Part shown: piece after piece, positions 1-8,517 of the stretch
How the letters are laid out: each line of letters opens with the position of its first letter
Numbering within the stretch: position 1 is the first letter of the stretch
Assembly: GCF_000143415.4 (NCBI RefSeq)
Contig: NW_003314528.1
Coordinates: forward strand, 1-15,264
Source of the DNA: Selaginella moellendorffii
Taxonomy: Eukaryota; Plantae; Lycopodiophyta
Reading direction: 5' to 3'
Length of the DNA: 15,264 nt
The notes under the pieces: generated by a model
Seen by the model: only the letters and a program-made list of their open reading frames with translations
What the model was told of the DNA's origin: nothing
Databases searched by the model: none
Made by a program: the position numbers and the translations under genes

Positions 1-220
1 AAGGAGTTTTAAAGAGGGGCGGGAAGACGGCAGGTCCAGCCAGTCAGGCTCTATAGACTTGAAACCTCAGAACTGTGTTGACATTTTCAGTGAAGGTGCA
101 TTGGATTTGATGGATTTGATAGATATTCATAAACCAACTATTCCAGCTTGCAGGGATTAGGAACTCTCTAACTGCTTCTAGCTTGTTCAGCTCTCCTGAG
201 ATTCGGCAGATATTAGTCAC

Positions 221-412
221 CTACAAGGCAGCATTCCTCTCAGCTTTCCGAGCATACTTCTGTTAAACTCCAACAAACTGGGAGGCCATCTTCTCGGGTG
301 AGCCTTCCAAAAATTTCAGCTCCAATGCGACCAACAACAGGTTTGAAGGCAGTGTTCCATCAAGGAACTTTAGCAGCAACCAAACAAGTTGTCTGGGAAG
401 CTACCAACTCAA
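221..412 (+). pseudogene. Degenerate plant LRR (receptor-like) gene fragments
   Basis: Manual translation in shifting frames gives LQGSIPLSF, LLNSNKLGG, NNRFEGSVP and LSGKLP, which fit the plant extracellular LRR consensus LxxNxLxGxIP. They are broken by stops and frameshifts; boundaries are approximate. Confidence 0.5.
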
Positions 413-769
413 TGTGAACCACTGTACCAACACCAATATGAGAATTGAAGAAACTCTTTGCGTCGAGTCCTTGTTATTGATCATGATTGGGTTCAATGGT
501 TGACTCTTCCCCATGGCCTGGTTCAATTAAAGTTTGCATTGTTAGTGCAAAATGGTCCTGGGATCCAAACTTTCAGCCAGCTGGAGGGATGGATGCTGTT
601 GGAAAATGGTTGGACAGGCAGGACCTTCTACACCGGTGCCAGGTGCTCTACCAGTGAGCTACCTGCCTTGGTTGTGTGCATGTTCAGCTTAGTTCTAACA
701 GATGCTGCCATTTACTCTATTTTATGAGCTCTCAACACAGGAGTAATCCAGCTTTCCCTACCTAAGAGC

Positions 770-955
770 AAAAAATCGATCGGGGTAGCACCCCTGGTAC
801 AAGGGTTGCTAGTGGCATATATGTTTTCAATACAGACAATATCAGAAAATGAATATAAAAAATCAAAATGGTCGAGACGAGCATTTTTCCAAAATAAATT
901 GCCACCGTATGCAACTTGTTACCCTGCACCCTTGCAACCGTGCCTGATCGTTTTT
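770..955. repeat. Degenerate inverted repeat, possible old MITE
   Basis: The left arm (aaaaaatcgatcggg...ggtacaagggttgctagtggcatatatgtttt) loosely matches the reverse complement of the right arm (aaaaacgatcagg...gggtaacaagttgcatacggtggcaatttatttt), around an AT-rich core. No TSD identified. Confidence 0.3.
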
Positions 956-1103
956 CAGGCCTAGGCTCTCCAGCTTCGGTCCGCTCATTCTATCAAGGGC
1001 TGCAATCTCTACGTTTGCAACACTGGAGCTGATATTTGTTTTTGTGCTGAGACTGGGCATTGTTCCCGCATTTTACCGGTGAATCTTCGCAAAGCAAGCC
1101 ACT

Positions 1104-1153
1104 ATCTAATGCCAATTTGGCATTAGATGTCCTTTGGCATTGCCAAAGGACAT
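1104..1153. repeat. Two abutting perfect palindromes upstream of the Pin-II gene
   Basis: atctaatgccaa-t-ttggcattagat (1104-1128, 12-bp arms) and atgtcctttggca-t-tgccaaaggacat (1127-1153, 13-bp arms). Confidence 0.9.
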
Positions 1154-1294
1154 TCAGCTCGCCCGTCACATCCGTGGTGAGAGGGCTTATCTTACTGCAT
1201 TAAGATATCCATTGTGTCAAGGACACACGTTTTGAACATTTCTAAAGCACCAATGCTGGACTTCAAAAGCCCATCAGATCTGCAATAGAGAAGT

Positions 1295-2133
1295 ATGGCT
1301 GGAAGCGGCAATCTCCCCGTGCTCGTTCTTCTTCTGTTGGCCTCGTTATCCTGTGAGAGAGATCTCCACTTGTATGTTCGATTCTAACTCGGACTCCTGT
1401 TCTTGCAGCTGCTCAAGGTGGTGTCGTCGAGGTTTGCAATGGTGACCTCACCTATACCGATTGCAGCAACTGCTGTAGTCTGAAGAAAGGTTGTGTCTAT
1501 CTGCAACCTGGTTCAGGACAAGTCACTTGCATTGGCGGTGATTCAAGGGCTTGTACCCGGGAGTGCCAAGGTCCGAAGTTGGCCGTATGCCCATTGCCTT
1601 CATCAGGATTCCCAACATCAGGCATCAAGGTGCTCAAGGGAAAACTCCCACCCCGACAACCTGGATGCGGTTACTACAACATCGTTAACGGTGACCCCAT
1701 CCCGCGGCTGGAGCAGCAGGGCACAGATCAAGGTAACCGCCTTGTTCATTATGTTCAGGAAGCTCAGCCCTCTCCGATAGAGCTCATGGCAGGAAGGAAG
1801 TGTAAGCTTGATTCGATTGTGGAGGTCTGCAATGCCGAGGTCTCCAAAGATAACTGTGGTTGCTGCTTCGGGAAATCCGGTTGCATCTACTTGGAGAATC
1901 CATCCGCAAACAGCACCTGCCTGCCTACTGAAGACCCCATGGGGGTTTGCGCCCTCGTTTGCCTGCCCAGAGTGTCCATTTGTACCAAGTCTGTAACTTT
2001 TCAGGGCACCACCCTGCAGTCTTGCAGGAATGCACGCCGCAGCTGCGAGGACATGAAAGAGGGCTGCAGTCTCTACGATCGCAACACCGGAGCTGATCTC
2101 TGCGCTGCAGGGGGTATCGCTCTGCCTGTCTAG
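1295..2133 (+). CDS. Secreted multi-repeat potato type II (Pin-II / I20-like) serine proteinase inhibitor; exons 1295-1352 and 1409-2133 (~260 aa)
   Basis: ATG at 1295 starts a signal peptide (MAGSGNLPVLVLLLLASLS). A phase-1 intron 1353-1408 (GTGAGA...TTCTAAC...TTGCAG, 56 nt) joins in frame to the 1579-2133 ORF. The product has CSNCCSLKKGCVY...TC...RACTREC...AVCP and a second repeat NCGCCFGKSGCIY...TC...VCALVC...SIC, matching the Pin-II pattern CTNCCxxxxGCxY...KACTREC. An intron right after the signal peptide is typical of Pin-II genes. Confidence 0.8.
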
Positions 2134-2149
2134 TCTAGTTGCTGAAACT

Positions 2150-3275
2150 AGTTATGGGCATTACTATTATGAATGAATAAGGAATGTCCCTCCTTGGAGG
2201 GGCCGGTGTCAATGTCCGAAGTTACTCGCCATGCAATTTGTGATGGAGTGTAGGAGAAATATTGTATCTTCCTCTGGATCGATAGGAAAGTAGGGCAGGT
2301 CCTTGAAGAAACCGATTCTTTGAGGTTGGGCTGGAAAAGTATCTTGGTCGCCAGCATCGACGTCAAATAGAGGCGCAAGAACGAGCAGGTCTTTTGTGAA
2401 TTTAGAAGTACAATGGGAACACAACATGAATCAGAATAAAGTAAGAAAGCAAGAAAGAAATTCTGGCTTAGATCACATTTTCTCCAATTATAATTTAACA
2501 AAGATTAAGCAAAGAGAAGGCTGCACTATGTCTGACACTGGCTGTGGACAATACAAGGAGATTGAAGCGATTGGATTCTGAAATTGTCCCCCGTGTCGAC
2601 GTTAAGTTAACAGTCGTACTATGGAGGAGAAATGTTGAAGAGGTGTGGTGAGAAACCATGCGGACAGTAATATTCAGGATTAGAGCATTCTCCCAGACCC
2701 TTTTGTATGTGCACTTAGACATGTTGATAATTGTAATAATCTGCTTGCTAGTGATTTTTGCCGGGTTTGTGGACGATTTCGAAGTTGTATTCTTGTAGTA
2801 AAAGGAACCATCTTGATATTCGACCAGATAATCGGCTTGTTGATGGCTGGAGCTAGAATCCATTGTCCTTGAGCCAAGTGGCTATGTCGTTGCTGGGAAG
2901 CCTAGGAATATGGTGTGTGACGTATCTGAGGTGCCAGGGTGGATGAGCTGGCATCTTTCTCTTCAGATCAAAGTGCTTGCCCTGTTAGGGTTCTTGAGAC
3001 CCGTAACTGTTGGTAGGCTGATCATGTGGCGCTCGATTGCTGGTGATAAATGGTAGAGATTTGTTGACCGAATTGATTTGGTTTGACTTGGCTTGATTGA
3101 AGATCAATGGTGGATATTGCTGATGAAGTTAACTCAAGTTCAACTGTTGATATCTGCTGAGGTGGTGTTGATCCAACGGTAGCTTGGAACTTATAGATTT
3201 TTGCTACTGTTTGTTGCTGAAGTTGGTGGATGAGTTCGTGTTGAGTCGAGTTGAGTTGCGTCTAACTGGGTTGAG
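2150..3275 (-). pseudogene. Decayed sequence 3' of the minus-strand Gypsy integrase, possibly an accessory ORF remnant
   Basis: Several broken minus-strand ORFs (2209-2427, 2495-2863) lie co-oriented downstream of the integrase remnant. No domain recognised. Confidence 0.25.
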
Positions 3276-4341
3276 TTAAAGTTTGGCTACCGGTGATTGT
3301 CGATTGTTGGTTTCAAGGTGTTTGTCGGTTCTGGTTGGAAATTTGCTGAGGTGCTGATGCTGAACAACGTGATATGGTCGAAGCTTGTTGAGGTTGACGA
3401 TCTCAGTGAAGTCTTCAGCGAGTGTGCTGACTTTGACAGTGCCATTGGGGTAGAGTGCAATGATTTTGAAAGGTCCTTTCCAGTTGGTGTGGAGTTTCCG
3501 GCCGAGTTTGCCGATGGGTCCCTGGTACCAGAGAATATGATCGTTGACGTTGTATTTCAGGGGGTTCCAAATGTATAGTAGGGATAGTGGGTAGTTCGGG
3601 CATGGTTGACCAACCTGAGGCATAGTCTCACTCTTGCTTGTGTGCCTATTTTTGTTCTGCGTCCAACTTATGTCTAAGCCCAAGTTCCATTCCATGTTAG
3701 TTGGTGGAATACCCATATCCTTGCGTTATGCCACCGGTATGCTGAAATAGTGCCAGACTCCATTTGGCTCCATTTTGTGTGTTCGTCTTAGCATAGGGAT
3801 GCTGGATACTCTAGAACTGTTCCAAGTCATTCCGTGCTTTTATCCCTTCACTCCTTGGGCTGTATGCTCGGGAGTCGTTCTGTACTCCAGTGCCATTGCT
3901 CCTTGGTTCCATGTTTGGGAGTTTGGCTGATGGGTCCTTGGTACTAGAGAACATGATCGTTGATGCTGTATTTCGGAATGTTGTGCCGGGATGCTTGTCG
4001 ATCATGCTGAGCTTTTTGCTGTTTTTGGATGGTGTGAAGTGTCTAGAGGGCGTTGGGTTGAAGCTCGTCAAGACATTCGAGTTGTTGAAGCCTTTCTCAA
4101 ATTGCATGTTGAGATTATACTTGACGGTGACTCGCATGCTCGGGACGATGAATTCAATTGGCGTGATGGCTTCTGTTCCAAAGGCGAGTTTTAATGGCAT
4201 CATGTCGGTGGTGACTTTATACGCAGTTCGATAGGCCCAAAGTACGTCAAGAAGTTTTTCATCCTAGTCTTTGCCGGAATCATTGATGACTTTCTTGAGG
4301 ATGGTCTTCAATGTTTTGTTTGTTGCTTTTGCTTGACCATT
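3276..4341 (-). pseudogene. Non-chromovirus (Athila/Tat-like) Ty3/Gypsy integrase remnant
   Basis: Minus strand reads NGQAKATNKTLKTILKK...D*DEKLLDVLWAYRTAYKVTT...LAFGTEAITPIEF (end of the integrase core) and KLHTNWKGPFKI...VNLNKLRPYH (GPF module). It has stops, frameshifts and an internal insert at ~3558-3927. Confidence 0.85.
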
Positions 4342-4806
4342 TGTAGCGCATGTGATTTTTACCCTTTATCCTATGGTGCTTTACCATAGGATAACCACAG
4401 AAGCAGAATTTAAACCCTCTAAACCCTCCATGTGTGACATGTCATGTGCCACGTGTCACATGCCATGTGTCTAAAGGATAGTTGTGTGGAACCCAAATTT
4501 CAAGGCCTTAGGCCATTAAATGAAGGAATGGTGCCAAACTTCCAAACATGGAACCAAGGAGCAATGGCACTGGAGTACGGAACGACTCCTAAGCATACAA
4601 CCCAAGGAGTGAAGGGATAAGAGCACAAAATGATTTGGAACAGTTCTAGAGTATCCAACATCCCTATGCTAGGACCAGCATACAAAACGGAGCCAAATGG
4701 AGTTTGGTGCTATTTCAGCATACCGGTGGCATAACGCAAGGATATGGGTATTCCACCAATTAGCATGGAATGGAACTTGGGCTTAGACCCAAGCCAGACG
4801 CAGAAC
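3654..4806. repeat. ~274-bp inverted repeat pair (3654-3927 / 4533-4806), ~605-bp spacer
   Basis: 4533-4806 (gccaaacttccaaacatggaaccaaggagc...gacgcagaac) is the reverse complement of 3654-3927, with scattered substitutions. Confidence 0.92.
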
Positions 4807-5682
4807 CTCCCTTAGTACCAAGAGTTAGTCTCTGGGACAAGTCAATAAGCTATCATCCAGTGATATTGAGGGATTAGTCTCAATATACGTGTAAGCGACT
4901 AATTTTTCCATTTTACTTTAGTCACTTAACCACACCTCCGACCACTTGGAGGAGTCTCATTCACAACCTCCATAAATCCCAGTTAGGACTTGGGGCTTGC
5001 TAGCCCCGAGAATGGCATCCATGCCACTCAACCTTTGCACTTGGTCTAAGTGCTCCACGTGTCCGATCCCATGACCGACACCCCAAGGTACCACCGACAT
5101 ATCGGCCCGTTACGCTAAGGCCATGCCCATTCACCTTGGTCACCCCGGTGGTTCAACACCACCTGTATTACAATCCCGTCTCTCAAAGACTAGGCCATCC
5201 ATCCATGAGTGGCTATCCCAGATCCACTCTATAGCATCCTTAGGATGTCTGCAGACATGGGGAATAGCCTTTCCCAATATCTCCTTTTCGGTCCCCACCA
5301 AGTCCCTTCCTGTCCATGGCCGTGTTCACCAACACTGCCACTGGATCAAGGCCCACAGGCCCAATGACTAAGTCCAACAGTCCTCTGGGACTTCCTCACG
5401 GTGTGACTGTGTCCCTTGTCACCATACTAGAGGGCTACTCCTCTTCCTTTCCATAGTCTGGGACTTTGGGGCAACATTTTGGAACACCGTGGCCCTACGC
5501 GAGCCTCGTGGGTACTCTCCTCGCCTTCTGCCTTTGGGTGCTCTAGCCATGGGTTTAGAGTGAGGTTCCGTTGAGCCACACCAGGTATCCAAGTAGGTAG
5601 TGCCACCCACACCTGGACTGGGAGCATCAGCCAGTCGATCTCCCGAGGGAACTAGAGCCGGCTCTTGAACACTTCACCAAGC
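4342..5682. mobile_element. Non-coding LTR-like block of another element, truncating the old integrase
   Basis: Integrase homology stops abruptly at NGQA and TGTAGCGC begins at 4342 (LTR-like TG start). The block has no convincing ORF. It contains a 12-bp IR (4366-4394), CACGTG/ACATGT palindrome clusters (4431-4470) and (TAAACCCTC)2. Its other end is not seen because the chromovirus LTR begins at 5683. Confidence 0.45.
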
Positions 5683-6698
5683 TGTAAGGAACCAACTCGC
5701 CGAGGTGTCGTAGGCTAAAGGAACCCCAAAAGCATGACCAAAATGACAAAGAGTTTATCGGATGGGACCAAGTCGAAGATTGAGTCCAAGACCGACTCGG
5801 AGACCGAGTTCGAGATAGAGTCCGAGATCGAGTCTGAGACCGAATCCGAAGTCGGATCCGAAATCGGGTCCGAGATCGAGCTAGAGACTAAGTCCAAATA
5901 CTAATACGGGTCAAAGGGTGAAAGCCCAAAGCGTGCGTCTCCCAAGGGGGGGGGCGGGGGGGGGTGGGGGGGGGCTGCAGGGGGTTCCAAAAGTATAGTA
6001 GGGATAGTGAGGTCCAGGAACCAGTTTTGAAGGGACTCTCCAGTTGGGCTTCCAAACCGACTTGAGGTTGAGACTGGGACCGAGGGGCCTTGGGTGGGAG
6101 TGAGCATGGACTTGGCTGGTGCCGGAGGGGCCATCCAAGGAAGTGCTCAAGAGCAGCTCCCACTCCCGAAAGGGAAACCAATTGCGGTGCTCCCGGCTCA
6201 CGTGGAGTGGTGCCCCACTTGAGTACCATGCGGCTCATTGGTCCTTGCCCTTCCTAGGGGCTTGGACCTTCCTTCGGGATGGAAGTGGGGGGGTAGAGGT
6301 ACCCATACCGGGCTGCTAGGCCATGGTGTTCCGCCCTGGCGTCCCGAAGCAAGTGTTGCACTCAAGACTTGGGATTTAGAGGGTCCCATGATCAAGTCTT
6401 GTGGTACCAAGGGATGTTAGGAACCTGGAAGCTTGGTGTGCTTGGCTGCTTGTGCTTGCGGGGAGTGTAGCCGAACCTTAAGTCCAGTCTAACCCGGGGA
6501 GGGGGATTGGGAGTGATTTGGGAATCCGTGGATGGATGGCTAACACTCCGTTGCTCGTGCAGTGAGTAGCTAAAACTAAGTAGGAGCTGGTACCATAGGC
6601 GAGAACCTTGGCAAGGGAACTTAGCAAAAGCCAAGGCAGTGTTGGACGGATAGTCAAGGTAAGCTGGCAAATTGGAAAGGAAAAATTTGTGGCTTACA
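5683..6698 (+). repeat. 5' LTR of the older (outer) chromovirus copy, 1016 bp
   Basis: TGTAAG...CTTACA termini; homologous to 7417-8501 and 14336-end; followed by a mutated PBS TAGTATCGGAGCC (6702-6714). Confidence 0.95.
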
Positions 6699-6757
6699 AT
6701 CTAGTATCGGAGCCCTTTCCTCAGTTCTAGCGAAGGATAGAGGCGGATTGCTGGGAG

Positions 6758-7416
6758 ATGGCAAGGGCAGGGCGTAAGCGAACCCAGGCGGAGATGGAAC
6801 CTCCACCAGAGCTGGAGCCTCCGGTCGAACAAAAGGCTATGGATGAGGAATCCTTGCATGAGGAGGACTCTAGTGAGGAAACTTCCAAGTAGGAGTCCGG
6901 TGGCGAAGTTCGGTCGTCCAAAGCTCGATTGGACGTTCTAGAAGGTCAATTGGCGCAGACCAATGCCCTGCTGGAGACTCTCGTACGCAAGCTAAAGCGT
7001 GACGAGAAGCGGAAGAAAAGGCGAAAGACTGCGGATGCTGGCAGCGCAGAAGGTGCGGACCCTTTGGCAGGGACTGAGGCAGAACCAAACAAGGTCGAAC
7101 AAACCGAAGTAGAATCAGTCCCTCAGGAAGTTCCCAAGTACAAACCAAAGCCCCCACCGGTCTTCAAGGGAGTGAATGACTATAAGGTGGTGGAGGATTG
7201 GTTTTACGATATGGAGGACTACTTCCGAGCGTTGCGATTACAAAGCTCGGAGAAGGTCCCATGTGCAAAACCATACTTGGCAGATAATGCCAAGTCTTGG
7301 TGGAGAACGACGAAGGCCAACGAAGGACCAGTGGCCACTTGGGACATGATGAAGGCGAGGATCCGCGCAACATACGTTCCTCCGAATGCCACTCTACATC
7401 TGAGAGATGAGCTGAG
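6758..7416 (+). pseudogene. gag: 5' part of gag of the outer copy, interrupted by the inner element
   Basis: Near-identical to 8561-9219. In-frame TAG at 6890 (CAG in the inner copy). Ends at ...LRDELS where the LTR starts at 7417. Confidence 0.93.
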
Positions 7417-8501
7417 TGTAAGGAACCAACTCGCCGAGGTGTCATAGGCTAAAGGAACCCCGAAAACATGACCAAAATGACAAAGAGTTCATCGGATGGG
7501 ACCAAGTCGAAGATCGAGTCCAAGACCGACTCTAGGACCGAGTTCGAGATAGAGTCCGGAATCGAGTCCGAGACCGACTCGGGGGCCAAGTTCGAGTCCG
7601 AGTTCGAGACCGAGTTCGAGTCCGAGATCGGGTCCGAGATCGAGTCCGGAATCGAGTCCGAACTCGAATCCGAAGTCAGATCCGAAATCGGGTCCGAGAT
7701 CGAGCCAGAGACTAAGTCCAAATACTAATACGGGTCAAGGGGTGACCCAAAGCGTGCGTCTCCCAGGGGGGGGGGGGCTGCAGGGGGTTCCAAAAGTATA
7801 GTAGGGATAGTGAGGTCCAGGAACCAGTTTTGAAGGGACTCTCCAGTTGGGCTTCCAAACTGACTTGAGGTTGGGACTGGGACCGAGGGGCCTTGGGTGG
7901 GAGTGAGCATGGACTTGGCTGGTGCCGGAGGGGCCATCCAAGGAAGTGCTCAAGAGCAGCTCCCACTCCCGAAAGGGAAACCGATTGCGGTGCTCCCGGC
8001 TCATGTGGAGTGGTGCCCCACTTGAGTACCATGCGGCTCATTGGTCCTCGCCCTTCCTAGGGGCTTGGGCCTTCCTTCGGGATGGAAGTGAGGGGCGAGA
8101 GGTACCCATACCGGGCCGCTAGGCCACAGTGTTTCGCCCCGGCGTCCCGAAGCAAGTGTTGCACTCAAGACTTGGGATTTAGAGGGTCCCATGATCAAGT
8201 CTTGTGGTACCAAGGGATGTTAGGAACCTGGAAGCTTGGTGTGCTTGGCTGCTTGTGCTTGCGGGGAGTGAAGCCGAACCTTAAGTCCAGTCTAACCCGG
8301 GGAGGGGGATTGGGAGTGATTTGGGAATCCATAGATGGATGGCTAACACTCCGTTGCTCGTGCAGTAAGTAGCTGAGACCAAGTAGGAGCTGGTACCATA
8401 GGTGAGAACCTTGGCAAGGGAACTTAGCAAAGGCCAAGGCGGTGTTGGACGGATAGACGAGGTAAGCTGGCAAATTGGAAAGGAAAAATTTGTGGCTTAC
8501 A
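7417..8501 (+). repeat. 5' LTR of the inner element, 1085 bp
   Basis: TGTAAG...CTTACA termini. Roughly 9 substitutions and a few indels relative to the 3' LTR over the ~920 bp comparable (counted by eye). Confidence 0.97.
7505..7720 (+). repeat. CpG-rich 6/12-bp tandem array (GAGTCC/GAGATC-like) inside the LTR
   Basis: Repeated cgagtccgagat units; also at ~14424-14640. The copy in the outer LTR (~5770-5895) is 90 bp shorter. Confidence 0.9.
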
Positions 8502-8504
8502 ATT

Positions 8505-8517
8505 TGGTATCGGAGCC
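8505..8517 (+). promoter_or_regulatory. Primer binding site, initiator tRNA-Met type
   Basis: TGGTATCGGAGCC, 3 nt after the LTR; one A>G difference from the canonical plant TGGTATCAGAGC. Confidence 0.92.

Noticed and set aside
458-1060. ORFs 458-727 and 863-1060, and the many short antisense ORFs over gag-pol and the LTRs
   Set aside because: No recognisable domains; explained as shadows of real coding or repeat sequence, or as chance.
7505-7720. CRISPR-like array
   Set aside because: Contiguous degenerate hexamers with no unique spacers, in a eukaryotic LTR context.
7468-7728. Glu/Ser-rich ORFs and antisense Asp/Ser-rich ORFs in the LTRs (also 14387-14647)
   Set aside because: These are by-products of a 6-bp-period tandem array that lacks stops; no protein evidence.
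8365-8467. Consensus splice donors in the LTR 3' part (GTAAGT ~8365, AG|GTAAGC 8462)
   Set aside because: No acceptor or coding restoration is available to test them; could be chance.
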